From the NCBI GenBank assembly GCA_963843375.1, contig CAWJKT010000003.1, positions 64,001 to 128,000 on the forward strand: a stretch of 64,000 nucleotides of DNA, given 5' to 3'. The notes below the pieces were generated by a model that saw only the letters and a program-made list of their open reading frames with translations, did no database searches and was not told the origin of the DNA. Of this stretch, positions 35,689 through 46,807 are shown in pieces; the stretch's first letter is position 1; every line of letters begins with the position of its first letter. The DNA is from an uncultured Pseudomonadota bacterium (GTDB lineage: Bacteria > Oederibacteriota > Muellerivitia > Muellerivitales > Muellerivitaceae). Made by a program: the position numbers and the translations under genes.

Positions 35689-35738
35689 AAAGAAGGTTGA
35701 AAACTCAAGTTGGTTTTTAACCTTCTTTGATTTTGTTT
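35689..35738 (+). terminator. 16-bp hairpin after purM, probable intrinsic terminator
   Basis: AAAGAAGGTTGAAAAC-N8-GTTTTTAACCTTCTTT followed by T-rich sequence. Confidence 0.5.
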
Positions 35739-35867
35739 ATTCTTCCTCGTTACAAACTTTGGCCAAAAAATTTTACGCATTCTCCTTGGGTTTTACCTTA
35801 TTCCTTATTCTACAAGCCTTTAGCCTTTTTAAAAGGCGCGTGATCCAATTCTCCCAAGTGGAATTTT

Positions 35868-37908
35868 ATGAATGAAATAAAAAAAAGTTCGAAAGGAATG
35901 CAGGGCTGGATTTTAGCCCTGGAGCGTGCCCCTCAGTTCCTTTCGGTCTTGCTGATTTTTATCCTGCCGTTTTTGACACAGTGGCAAGGCACTGACAAGC
36001 TTTTGCCAAAGTGGACTATTACCCAACTTCTTGTTTTACTCGTGCTAAGCACCTGGGTTTTAAGGGTGGCTTTAACCGGGAAATTAACCTGGGTCTATTC
36101 CCGGGCTCATTTGGTTCTTTTGATCCTGATGATTTGGATTGTCCTGACCTGTTTTCTTTCTCCCTATCCTCAAATCGGATTTTTAGCTATTCGGGAAGAT
36201 GCGGTATATCCCATTTGGTATCTGCTGTTGACTTTCACCTGCATTGAGCTTTGGCGTGCTGAAAATCTTTTAATTGGACTTCTCATTTCAGGGTTTTTGA
36301 CGAGCCTCTGGGCTATAAGCCAGGTGCTGGGCTTTGGAAACGAACCTTGGGAAACGCTAGTAAAGACTCAATTCAACGGAAGAGCCATCTCCGGAATGGG
36401 AAATCCGGATTTTCTTGCTGGTTTTTTACTTGTCGTTTGGCCGCTGGTTCTGGCCCTTTTACTAAGGTTCAGGACGAAGTTCTCCTTGTTTTTTTGGAGC
36501 TTTTTATTGGTGGCCGATCTTTTGGCTCTTTTGTGTACCGGTAGTCAGACGGGATACTTTGGATTTATTGCGGGAGTATTTGTTTTTGCACTCTTCAGCC
36601 TTAAAAACCGGTTGAAGGAGACCTCACTATGGCTATTTCTGCTTTTTGGATTTTTGACGCTTTCTTTTTTTCTACCGCCTATGGCTGGACGACTTCAAGA
36701 ACTATTAAGCAAAAAGAATGAGGTTTTCCAATTTCAAGAACAAGTTTGGTCAGGAACCATAGACATGGTGAAGAGAAATCCTGTTTTCGGAGTAGGATAT
36801 GGGGCCTACGCTTCAGTCTTTCCATCACACAGGCCTGTTGGGCTCGTGCTTCATCCGGTGCAAGAAAGTGATGGGGCAAAACATGGTTACAATTGGGTTT
36901 TGGAATGGACTGCTGAGACGGGTTTAATTGGACTATTACTTTTGTTGCTTTTTTGGTTTTATGTCTTTGCCCAATGGTGGAAGCTTTACAAGGCCAATGC
37001 CATTCCAAAGTTTTTAGCGGTTGGCTTTTTTGCGACGGCATTCGGAGTCGCAATCGACAACCTTTTCGAGAACAACAGTTATGAACCTTTTATCCGTGTT
37101 CCTTTGCTTTTCTTAGCGGCTTTCCCGGTGGCTCTTTCCCAAAGGTTTTACCGAATGGAAGGTTTTCCGATCCAGCTCAAAGAACTAGATCTCTCGAAAC
37201 TCAAAGCCTTTCTTTGGCCCGTGACAATTGTAATTATCAGCTTGGTGGTTTTTCGAATTGAAAATGTTTTTAAACGCCAAGAGGCCGATATTCTTCGCGA
37301 AAAGGCTTTTGTTTCAACCCAAATTGGAAAATGGGATGACGCAATAGACCTCTATAGCCAGGCTTTGAAATTGGACCCATCGGATTTTGATACCCGCTAT
37401 TTACGGGGTTCGGTTTATCTGGACCGGAACAAAGAAGGCGATCTTGATGCGGCGCTGACGGATTTTAAAGCCTTAAATACAGTGGCGCCGGACTATCATG
37501 CTTCTTCATTTTTACAATTACGAGGTTTTAAATGGATTGAAACGCGATGAAGACGCCAAAACCGAATTAAAGCGCGCAATTCGTTTGGACCCGATGCTGA
37601 TATATCTTTCGGATGATTTCAAAAAGGCCCGACAACTAACCGCAAACGAACATTTTTCCGAAGCATTAATCGTTTATCAGGGTTTGATTTTAGATTATCC
37701 TACCTGCGTTCCAATGTTGATCGACTACGCCAATTGTCTTGCCTTGACCCGGGATTTCGAGTCGGCTATTAACCTTTATCGAAGCGTTTTGATCTTGGAT
37801 CCCGGAAACATTAAAGCCTCCGATGATCTTCAAAAAGTGCGAGAGATCTTGCGGAGAACCAAAGAATTAAATCGCCCTAAAGCAAGTGTGCTTGGGAACG
37901 AACTGTAA
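35868..37908 (+). CDS. O-antigen ligase (Wzy_C)-like membrane protein with C-terminal TPRs (frameshift near 37500)
   Basis: Many TM helices, GNPDFLAGFL, W...MVKRNPVFGVGYG, AETGLIG, then TPR motifs (AIDLYSQALKLDP, AIRLDP, LILDPGN). Confidence 0.82.
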
Positions 37909-37930
37909 CGTAAGTGTTCAGGAGAGTTTT

Positions 37931-38554
37931 TTGATCAAAATAGCAATATTTGCTTCCGGGGAGGGTTCAAACCTCCAGGCCCTAATCGACGCCCAGGACA
38001 CAGGGTTGTTTAAGGGCAAAATCGGCCTAATTTTCTCCAATGTTCCGGAATCGGGTGCGATGAAACGGGGCGAGAACCAGCGCATCGAATCCGTGGCCAT
38101 TGCCAGTAAAGGTTATCCGGGTAGCCGGGAGGAGTACGACAGAGAAGTTTTGGAGCTTTGTCAAAACAAAAAGATCGATCTGATATGTCTGGCAGGATAT
38201 ATGCGAATCCTGACGCCGGTTTTGATAAGGCCTTATCTTTACAAGATGATGAATATACATCCCGCTCTTCTGCCTAAATTCGGCGGGGAAGGAATGTATG
38301 GCCACCATGTGCATGAGGCGGTCATCAAGGCCAAAGAAAAAGAATCGGGTGCCACTGTACATTTTGTTACCGAGGGAGTGGATGCAGGCCCGATCATCCT
38401 TCAGGGAAACGTAAAGGTGTTGCCCGGCGACACGCAAGCAACCTTGGCGGAAAAGGTTTTAAGAGTCGAACATCATCTTTATCCCGAAGCAGTTCGCTTG
38501 TTCTGTGCAGGAAAAATCAAAGTAGGTGACGGACGCGTTAAAATCCAACCTTGA
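37931..38554 (+). CDS. purN: phosphoribosylglycinamide formyltransferase
   Basis: ASGEGSNLQA, LAGYMRIL, NIHPALLP, GATVHFV, DAGPII. Confidence 0.97.
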   Translation: MIKIAIFASGEGSNLQALIDAQDTGLFKGKIGLIFSNVPESGAMKRGENQRIESVAIASKGYPGSREEYDREVLELCQNKKIDLICLAGYMRILTPVLIRPYLYKMMNIHPALLPKFGGEGMYGHHVHEAVIKAKEKESGATVHFVTEGVDAGPIILQGNVKVLPGDTQATLAEKVLRVEHHLYPEAVRLFCAGKIKVGDGRVKIQP

Positions 38555-38563
38555 GGTGAAAGA

Positions 38564-40138
38564 ATGGCTGAAGACAAAGTTAAAATAAAACGGGCTTTGT
38601 TGAGTGTTTCTGACAAAACGGGGTTAATTGATTTCGCAAAACAATTAGTCCAACATGGAGTGGAGCTCATTTCGACTGGAGGGACCGCGAAGGCCATCAA
38701 GGACGCCGGCTTGGCTGTAAAAGATATTTCCGAAGTTACCGGTTTTCCCGAAATGCTGGACGGTCGCGTTAAAACCCTTCACCCGGTGGTACATGGCGGC
38801 CTTTTGGCCCTTCGGGACAACATCGAGCATATGGAAACCATCGCCAAATACAATATCAAACCCATCGACTTGGTTTGTGTGAATCTCTATCCATTTGAGG
38901 CCACTATTTCCAAACTCAATGTTGAATTGCATGAAGCCATTGAGAACATCGATATCGGCGGCCCTTCCATGATTCGTTCGGCTTCGAAAAACTATCGAAG
39001 TGTCACGGTGGTTACCTCGGCCTCTCAATATGCTGCCGTGGTCCGGGAAATGACTGAGAACGACGGCGCCACAACTTTTAAATTGAGGCAGGAACTCGCC
39101 ATAGAGGCTTTCGGCAACACCGCTCGTTACGACGGTACCATTCATGAATATCTTCACCGCCGTCTTTCTGAAAAGAAATGGCCGGATATTTTCACCATGT
39201 CCGGGTTAAAGGTTCAAGAAATGCGTTATGGAGAAAATCCCCACCAGCCTGCGGCTTTCTACAAGGATCGCAATAACATGCTACCCACCATTGCCAATGG
39301 GAAACAATTGCAGGGTAAGGAACTTTCCTATAACAACATCATGGACGCGGATTCGGCCCTAACTCTGATTAAAGAATTTGATGATCCAGCGACAACCATC
39401 ATCAAGCATACCAACCCTTGTGGCACCGCTATTGGCGAGAATATAGGGGAAGCTTTTGCAAAAGCCTTTGCTGCCGACCCCATCTCCGCATTCGGCGGTA
39501 TCGTGGCGGTCAATCGTCCTGTTTCAGAAAACACGGCTAAGTTAATTTTGGAAAAACTTAGCTTTTTCGAGATCATGCTGGCCCCTTCGTACGAAGTGGG
39601 GGCTTTGAAGATTTTTGAGGCCCGAAAAAATCTCAGGGTCATGTCCGTGGAAGGCCTTGGAAAATCAAAAGAAACCATATCTGGATATCATGTGCGGCGC
39701 GTGGAAGGGGGGTATCTGGTTCAAGATTTCGATCAAGTGGTGGAGGATAAATCACAATTTAAGGTGGTCACCCAGATGCAACCCGACCCAAAATTATCAA
39801 AAGATATGGATTTTGGTTGGAAGCTCGTAAAACACGTTAAGTCCAACGCCATTGTTTTGGTTAAAGACGGAGTTTCCATCGGAGTGGGTGCCGGCCAAAT
39901 GAATAGAGTGGGGTCACTTGAAATTGCCATCCAACAGGCAGGGTCTATGGCCAAAGGAAGCGTGATGGCTTCCGATGCATTATTGCCATTTAGGGATAGT
40001 GTAGATGCTTGCGCAAAGGCCGGGGTTTCCGCGATCATTCAAACCGGAGGAAGCGTGAGAGATGCTGAAGTTATCGAGGCCGCTAACCATCATGGTATTC
40101 CGATGATCTTTACTTCTTATCGTCATTTTAAACATTAA
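38564..40138 (+). CDS. purH: bifunctional AICAR transformylase/IMP cyclohydrolase
   Basis: ALLSVSDK, GRVKTLHP, IDIGGP, YGENPHQ, KHTNPCG, KSNAI, RHFKH. Confidence 0.98.
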   Translation: MAEDKVKIKRALLSVSDKTGLIDFAKQLVQHGVELISTGGTAKAIKDAGLAVKDISEVTGFPEMLDGRVKTLHPVVHGGLLALRDNIEHMETIAKYNIKPIDLVCVNLYPFEATISKLNVELHEAIENIDIGGPSMIRSASKNYRSVTVVTSASQYAAVVREMTENDGATTFKLRQELAIEAFGNTARYDGTIHEYLHRRLSEKKWPDIFTMSGLKVQEMRYGENPHQPAAFYKDRNNMLPTIANGKQLQGKELSYNNIMDADSALTLIKEFDDPATTIIKHTNPCGTAIGENIGEAFAKAFAADPISAFGGIVAVNRPVSENTAKLILEKLSFFEIMLAPSYEVGALKIFEARKNLRVMSVEGLGKSKETISGYHVRRVEGGYLVQDFDQVVEDKSQFKVVTQMQPDPKLSKDMDFGWKLVKHVKSNAIVLVKDGVSIGVGAGQMNRVGSLEIAIQQAGSMAKGSVMASDALLPFRDSVDACAKAGVSAIIQTGGSVRDAEVIEAANHHGIPMIFTSYRHFKH

Positions 40139-40176
40139 TATAATAATATCGTCATTAAAACTATTTGGAGGTTGGC

Positions 40177-41478
40177 TTGGTTATCTTGGTCGTTGGTTCC
40201 GGGGGCCGGGAGCATGCCATTTGTTGGTCGCTTTCCAAATCCAAACGAAATCCTAAAATCTATTGTGCCCCTGGGAATGCAGGAATCGCGCAAATTGCCG
40301 AATGCTTGGATATTTTAGCGGATGACATTCCTTCATTAGTGAAATGGGCGAATGAACACGATCCCAATTTAATCGTGATCGGACCGGAAGTTCCCCTTTG
40401 CTTAGGTTTAGCCGACGAGCTTTTAAAAGATGGGTTCCAGGTTTTTGGACCCACAAAAGACGGAGCTCAAATGGAGGGAAGCAAGGATTTCACCAAGAAA
40501 ATATTAATGGAAAATAATATTCCTACCGCAAATGCCAGGACCTTTACCGATTATAAAAAGGCATTGGCTTATTTGAGGTCTCAAGGCGCGCCGATTGTGA
40601 TCAAGGCCGATGGATTAGCCTCTGGTAAGGGTGTGACGGTTTGTGAAACCCTTCAACAGGCAGAAACCGCTTTAGATGAATCAATGAAGAAAAAGGTCTT
40701 TGGAGATGCCGGAGCCAAAGTAGTGATCGAAGAGTTCTTAATGGGGGAAGAAGCCTCCATTCTGGCCTTTGTGGATGGCGAAAGTATAGTTCCCATGGTC
40801 AGCGCTCAGGATCACAAACGAGTGTTTGAGGGTGATAAGGGTCCTAATACGGGGGGCATGGGAGCTTATTCGCCCGCTCCCGTTATTACCGAAAAACTCA
40901 GTAAGGAAATTCTCGAGAAAATCCTTAAACCTACACTTGAGGCTTTAAAGAAAAAGGGGATCATCTATAAAGGGGTTTTATATGCTGGGCTCATGATCAC
41001 GAAAGAAGGCCCCAAAGTGATCGAATACAACTGCCGATTTGGTGATCCCGAAACGCAGGTGATATTGCCCCTTTTGAAAACCGATTTAGTGAATATCTGT
41101 ATGGCGGTGGCGCAGGGCAAACTATCCCACTTGAAAATTGAGTGGGAAGAAAGCCAAGCGGTTTGTGTGGTGATAGCTTCCAAAGGATATCCGGGGTCTT
41201 ACCCAAAAGGAAAAATCATCGAAGGCCTTGAAAAAGCTGTCCAAAACCCTGAAACCTATGTTTTTCACTCTGGAACGGTGTTGGAAGGCGAAAAAACAAA
41301 GACTTCGGGCGGAAGGGTCCTATGCGTGACGGGTGTCGGAAAAACCCTTCGACAAGCCGTTGAAAAGGCTTATCGGGCTGTCAGTGACATCCGCTTTGAA
41401 GGAGCCTATTACCGAAAGGATATCGCATGGCGAGCATTGAAAAGCAAACATGCGGGATTACATGCTAAAAAAGATTAA
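40177..41478 (+). CDS. purD: phosphoribosylamine-glycine ligase
   Basis: GSGGREHA, APGNAG, KADGLASGKGV, QDHKR, GPNTGGMG, EYNCRFGDPE. GGAGG SD before TTG. Confidence 0.97.
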   Translation: MVILVVGSGGREHAICWSLSKSKRNPKIYCAPGNAGIAQIAECLDILADDIPSLVKWANEHDPNLIVIGPEVPLCLGLADELLKDGFQVFGPTKDGAQMEGSKDFTKKILMENNIPTANARTFTDYKKALAYLRSQGAPIVIKADGLASGKGVTVCETLQQAETALDESMKKKVFGDAGAKVVIEEFLMGEEASILAFVDGESIVPMVSAQDHKRVFEGDKGPNTGGMGAYSPAPVITEKLSKEILEKILKPTLEALKKKGIIYKGVLYAGLMITKEGPKVIEYNCRFGDPETQVILPLLKTDLVNICMAVAQGKLSHLKIEWEESQAVCVVIASKGYPGSYPKGKIIEGLEKAVQNPETYVFHSGTVLEGEKTKTSGGRVLCVTGVGKTLRQAVEKAYRAVSDIRFEGAYYRKDIAWRALKSKHAGLHAKKD

Positions 41479-41623
41479 AGCGTTTTTGGTTTTTTGAAAA
41501 TGCTTTGCATTCTTGTTTCAAATGTGTGAAATATATTGGTTTTTGTGCTGAAAAATACGTATTTCTTTGAGAAGATTAACTTAGGGGCTTATAAATATTA
41601 ACGAGAAAGCGTACTTTGGACGA

Positions 41624-42289
41624 ATGGAAAAAAACATGAGTGAAAAAACTAACTTCAAATCCTTACCTTATTCCCCGGCCAATTTGATCCAAGTTGCGAA
41701 AGTCATCAAGGACGGAGGAATTGCCGTTTTCCCGACTGACACCGTTTATGATATCGGTTGTTCGGTCAAGAAGCCCGAGGCTCTTAAGCGCATTTTCAAA
41801 CTTAAGGACCGTCCCTTGAGCCAGTCTCTATCTATCCTAATTTCCAGGCCCGAAGTTGCCCTGGAGATTGCAGATTTTAAAGATAAGGACATGGAAGTTC
41901 TAAAGAAAATCTGGCCGGGTCCTTGGACATTGATTACAAAAGTCAAAGCGCAACTGGCGCAAGGTGGAGTAGGGCCGGATGGAACCGTTGCCCTTCGGTG
42001 TCCCGATCATGGTATCGCCCTTGAGCTTTTACGTACTGCAGGGGATACCTTAGCGGTTTCCAGTGCGAATTACTCGGGGGACAAAAGTCCGGTCCGTTTT
42101 GACGAAGTTGATCCCGAAGTTCTTGAAAAAGTGGATGTCGCTTTGGATGCGGGGATTTGCCCTCTAGGGGGTGAAACGGCCATCGCAAAATTCGATAAAA
42201 AGCGGGTATCTATCATCCGAACCGGTTGTGTTTCCAAGGATGAAGTTACCCGAGTAGAGGCTCTTTTAACCCAGCTGACACAAGAATAA
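41624..42289 (+). CDS. TsaC/YrdC-family threonylcarbamoyl-AMP synthase (short form)
   Basis: FPTDTVY, KDRP, WPGPWT, SSANYSG. Bacillus-like ywlC-ywlE-ywlF synteny. Confidence 0.85.
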   Translation: MEKNMSEKTNFKSLPYSPANLIQVAKVIKDGGIAVFPTDTVYDIGCSVKKPEALKRIFKLKDRPLSQSLSILISRPEVALEIADFKDKDMEVLKKIWPGPWTLITKVKAQLAQGGVGPDGTVALRCPDHGIALELLRTAGDTLAVSSANYSGDKSPVRFDEVDPEVLEKVDVALDAGICPLGGETAIAKFDKKRVSIIRTGCVSKDEVTRVEALLTQLTQE

Positions 42290-42307
42290 AGCATAAGGGA
42301 AGAAGAG

Positions 42308-42759
42308 TTGTCTAAAAAGGTATTGTTTGTTTGCACTGGAAATACCTGCCGCAGTCCCATGGCTGAGGGTTTATTGAAAAAGATGGCCCACGAAAATCAG
42401 ATTCCATTGGAAGTTCAATCCGCCGGTTTGGCGGCCTTTGCCGGCGTTCCGGCGGCATTGGAAGCGGTGGAGGCCTGCAGGGAAAAGGGAATCGACATTT
42501 CCCGACACTAAGCCAACCTTTGAGCAAAATCTTGGTCATGGAAAGCGATTTGATTTTAACTATGACAGAGAAACACAAGGAAATGATTCTCAAGAAGATG
42601 CCTTTTTTGGAAACCAAGGTTTTTCTTTTGTCTGAATTCGCTGGCTCGGGAAACCAAGATGTGGAGGATCCCATTGGGCAGTCTTTGGAGTCTTATCGGA
42701 AAACTTTAGACCTGATGGAAAGTTATATCCAAATGGCCTTAGAGCGGTTTAAAAACTAA
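42308..42759 (+). CDS. ywlE: LMW protein arginine phosphatase, YwlE-like (indel near 42510)
   Basis: VCTGNTCRSPMAE P-loop, DLILTMT..HK, DVEDPIG. Lies between tsaC and rpiB. Confidence 0.82.
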
Positions 42760-42812
42760 AGTGTTTTAGAAGTGAATATTGGCTGTTTAAAAAGAATAAT
42801 TTGAGGGAAAAA

Positions 42813-43268
42813 ATGAAAATAGCTATTGGCTCCGATCACGCTGGGTTCGAACTCAAACAGGTCCTTGTTGAGCATCTAAAGCAAGAAGGGCATCAAGTTG
42901 AGGATATGGGAGCTTATAACGCTGAGTCGAGCGATTATCCAGTTTTCGGTGAAAAGGTTGCCAAGGCCGTGGCGTCCAAAACTGCAGATCGTGGTATTGT
43001 CGTTTGTGGAAACGGAATCGGTATGTCGATTGTTGCTAACAAAGTACCAGGAGTTCGCGCCGCCTTGGTTTTTACGGAAAAAATGGCGGAACAAACACGA
43101 TCCCATAACGACTCGAACGTCCTTTCATTAGCGGGTCGGGACTTGCCTCAGGAAACGAATCTGAGACTCGCTGATATTTGGCTTAAGACACCTTTCAGCA
43201 AAGTGGAGCGCCACATTCGTCGGGTGGAAGAAATCAGGAAAATCGAAGTGACGGATCTCAAATCCTAA
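42813..43268 (+). CDS. rpiB: ribose-5-phosphate isomerase B
   Basis: GSDHAG, DYP, CGNGIGMSIVANKVPGVRAA, HNDSNVL, RHIRRV. Confidence 0.96.
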   Translation: MKIAIGSDHAGFELKQVLVEHLKQEGHQVEDMGAYNAESSDYPVFGEKVAKAVASKTADRGIVVCGNGIGMSIVANKVPGVRAALVFTEKMAEQTRSHNDSNVLSLAGRDLPQETNLRLADIWLKTPFSKVERHIRRVEEIRKIEVTDLKS

Positions 43269-43281
43269 TTAAGGCTTGGAT

Positions 43282-43693
43282 ATGAAATGGTTGATGAACG
43301 GGATTTTTTTTGCTGACGTTGGCAGTCCTTTTATGGCGGGTGTTCCCTTTCGCCGGACGAAAAGGTGTCGCGGGAACAGGCGTTAAAACAAACAGTAGAT
43401 ACATTTGTTGCCGACGTGATTCAAGCCGATTGGAATGACGCCTATCGGCTAACTGACGGAAGTTTTCCCAATGCAGACCGGTTGAAAACACAAATTATGC
43501 AAAGCTGGGTTACCGATGCCACGATTGACCAATGGCGATATCGCTTCTATGGCATGGGTTTCGGATGAAACTGCGAAGGTCAAATTGACATGGACATTTC
43601 CAATCGGGGAGCGTTCAAAGTTTTTCAAACGAAACCTTTGTATGGCGATGGACGGGGAATAGTTGGAAGTACCGCGGCCGGGCGATCCGATAA
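43282..43693 (+). CDS. hypothetical lipoprotein (reconstructed across indels)
   Basis: MKWLMNGIFLLTLAVL signal-like start. Adjacent frame reads GGCSLSPDEKVSREQALKQTVDTFV...WNDAY. End WKYRGRAIR*. Confidence 0.5.
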
Positions 43694-43748
43694 AGGAAAT
43701 ATTTATTTGTTTTGTAATGAGTTCGGTGGATTAAGTTCTTAGTTTATT

Positions 43749-43783
43749 AAAAAAGCCATCACCCAAGAGGGAAATGGCTTTTT
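43749..43783. terminator. bidirectional terminator-like hairpin between convergent genes
   Basis: AAAAAAGCCAT...ATGGCTTTTT. Confidence 0.6.
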
Positions 43784-43838
43784 CGTTTATAACCCGAAAT
43801 TGTAAACTTATTACTTGCAACGCCGCTTTTTGATTTTT

Positions 43839-44087
43839 TTAAGAAGCCTTTCGAATGGCTTGGCGCTTTTGAACCTTGCCAGAACGCAAGCAACGGGTAC
43901 AAACCAAAAGGCGCTTGGGGCGACCATCTACCACGGCGCGGATAACTTGAAGATTGGGCATTTGGCGGCGCAGATGCACGCCGGTGATGTTCAACCCGAT
44001 ACCACCCTCTTTTTTCGATTTACCACGGCGGGTAATCTTGCGGGCTTTGATCGGGCCTTTGGAACAGATATCACAAACTTGAGCCAT
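43839..44087 (-). CDS. rpmB: 50S ribosomal protein L28 (zinc-binding type)
   Basis: CDIC...RRQMPNLQ...VCTRCLRSGKV, with an RRGKSKKEGGIG insert. Confidence 0.93.
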   Translation of the reverse strand: MAQVCDICSKGPIKARKITRRGKSKKEGGIGLNITGVHLRRQMPNLQVIRAVVDGRPKRLLVCTRCLRSGKVQKRQAIRKAS

Positions 44088-44122
44088 TGCAATACTCCTC
44101 TTTTTTTGAGACTAGGGGCGGC

Positions 44123-44152
44123 ATTATACGTAAATGGTTTTGAAATAAACAA
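44123..44152 (-). promoter_or_regulatory. promoter for rpmB with GC-rich discriminator
   Basis: Minus strand TTGTTT-N18-TATAAT-GCCGCCCC. Confidence 0.5.
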
Positions 44153-44303
44153 GCGTTTTTCACCCCGAATTCCGTTAAAAAGGCCTGATTATCCCCAGAC
44201 GGGGCTCGGGTGGTCTCAAAGTTAAAATTGCCCTCTTTGTGAGTCCTTTAGGGGTTTTCAGAATGAGATTTATCAAACCGGAAAATGTTAAGGTGGCCTT
44301 CAA

Positions 44304-46702
44304 ATGACATCCGTACCAAACAACTTGAAAATTGGCTTAAAGCCCCTTCGACTGGAGGAAAAACAAGATTTCGCCAACAAATCGGTGATGAGGGGTTTAG
44401 ACGATTATTTAATGGCTCAATGCGACCAAATCTTGAAATCACTACCTTTGGAATTTGGGGAAACCAAAGAATTCTCAACTTTCTTGAAAGAGCTGCGGAG
44501 TTCCTTTTCTCAATATATGACCTATAAGCTCCCAAGAACGTCGTCAATTGGTTGTTGAAGCCCAAAAGAGAATTAAAGAATGGGTGGACAAGCTTCCCAA
44601 GGGAATCCTTATTTCCCAAACTTTCTTCTGAAAAGGGAAGTTTATCGGATTCCGTTTTGCAACTTATTCCCAAAGAAAAACAACGCGCCTTTCAATTAAC
44701 TGGGCTTAAGACCCTGGACGATTTGTTGCACTATTCACCTAAATGGGCGGTCCAGGGAAGCTCTTTTACACCCATTGCCCAATGTGTCAACCGTGAAGAG
44801 CCTTATTTCATCTTGGCTCGAATTAACGGTATATCCGAAGTTCGGCGAGGGCCACGGGTAATGGTCAAGGTCGTCTTGCAGGATGCTACCGGGTATTTAA
44901 ATTGGGTATGGTTCAACCGGCCTTACCTTAAAAAAGAACTGACCAATGGTCGTTGGGTTTTGCTTCATGAGACGCCCCAAGTGTCTAAATGGGGAAAGCA
45001 GGTTATCGGCAAAGCGGAGGCCTTCGAGTTCCTGGACCCCTCGGAAGAGCAGGCCTTAAGGGAGGGGAAAGTGATCGTTTTTTATCCTTCCACAAACACC
45101 CTGACTCAATTTTTTTGGCGAAATATCATGGGTTTAGCTCTTGGAAAATATAGGACAGTTAATTCCTTCCAGCAAATACTCTTATTCCATATTTGGAAAG
45201 ATCCCCTTGTCTGAAGCGATTCAGGAAATCCATCATCCAATCAGCTTGGAATCCTTCGAAGCGGGCCCGCAAGAGGCTGGCTTTTGAGGAACTTTTGGCC
45301 CTACAAACTTTTCTCATCGTCAAAAGGCGTGCAATCGAGAAAAGGGAAAAGGGAAGGCAATACAAATTTGATGGGGAGAAAGTTCTTAAATTCCGAAAAA
45401 GTATCCCATACCAACTCACCCAGGCCCAAAAAAGGGTTGTAAAGGAAATCCGGGAGGATTTGGCCAAACCCCATCCGATGAACCGGCTTTTACAAGGGGA
45501 TGTGGGAAGCGGTAAGACACTGGTGGCGGCCATTTCTTTTCTCTATGCGGCCGATTCGGACCTCCAAAGCGCCTTTATGGCGCCCACCGAAATACTGGCC
45601 CAACAGCACTATGCCAGCTTGGTGAAACTGTTGGAGCCGGTTGGATTAAAAACTGCTTTTGCTACCAGCGACATGAAGGCGAAGGCCAAAAGAGAGGCTT
45701 TGGAGATGTTGGCGCTGGGAAAGGTGGATGTGGCTGTCGGGACCCATGCGCTTTTGGAAGAAAATGTTGGGTTCAAGAACTTGGGTTTCCTGGTGATCGA
45801 TGAACGGCACAAATTCGGTGTCCTGCAGAGGGCCGCGTTGGAAGGGAAAGGGCAAATGGCCCGATTGCCTCATGATGACGGCCACACCCTTTCCACGCGC
45901 CTTGGTTTTAACCGAATATGGGGATACGGATTTGTCCTTGCTGGATGAGTTCCCCAAGGGTCGAAAGGCCATCAAGACATTTTGGAAAAACGAATCCCAA
46001 AAGAATGAAGTTTACACATTCGCAAAAGAAAGAATCTTAAAAGGGGAACAGGTTTTTTGGGTGTTTCCCGTGGTGGAAGAGTCCAAAACCTTCCTGAAGT
46101 CGGCCATTCAAATGCACCAGCATTTCCAAAAGGAAGTTTTTCATGGGTTTAAGGTTGGGCTTTTACATGGAAAGATGAAGAAAGAAGAAAAAGAAGCGGT
46201 CATGGCGGCATTTTCGAAAAATGAGATCCAGTTATTGGTCGCGACAACTGTCATTGAAGTGGGAATTGATATCCCCAACGCCACGGTCATGGTGGTGGAA
46301 CATGCGGAACGGTTTGGGTTGGCTCAATTACACCAATTACGAGGGAGGGTGGGAAGGGGGGGAGACCAATCTTTTTGTTTTCTTATAACCTCGCCCCTCA
46401 TTTCCAGCGATGCTATTAAACGAATGAAAATCATGATCGAAACCCTTGATGGGTTCAAACTTTCGGAACTTGACCTTAAAATGCGGGGACCAGGGGAGAT
46501 CTTCGGTGTGGCCCAGTCAGGACGCCGTGAAGGCGGGATTGTGGATTTGAAAAGGGATGTGGATGTGGTTGATGAAGCCCGCAAAGCCGCAACAACTATT
46601 CTCGAGGGAGATCCGAAGCTTTTATCTGAAGATAACAAGGGACTGCGCCAAAATTTGGAAACCAAGTATCGGGATTTGTTGGATTTAGCCCAGATGTCAT
46701 AA
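44304..46702 (+). CDS. recG: ATP-dependent DNA helicase RecG (about 3 indels)
   Basis: Wedge WFNRPYL, RLAFEEL, RLLQGDVGSGKT, APTEILAQQH, MTATPFPR, ATTVIEVGID, QLHQLRGRVGRG, RGPGE. Confidence 0.94.
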
Positions 46703-46807
46703 ATCCAATCTAAGGAAGTAACGGGACAGGTTTAAAAAATAACTACCCGGTTTGTTTCGAAGATTAACTAGAAGTGGTTCGAGTCCGGAATTAGGAGTCA
46801 GCACCAG

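Noticed and set aside
44304..44640. Separate small gene before recG
   Set aside because: Better read as the N-terminal extension seen in some RecG proteins, joined by one indel near 44530-44555.
582..46702. Split genes as true pseudogenes or genome decay
   Set aside because: Normally essential genes (pheT, bamA) are affected, motifs are intact and many breaks lie in homopolymers, so errors are more likely.
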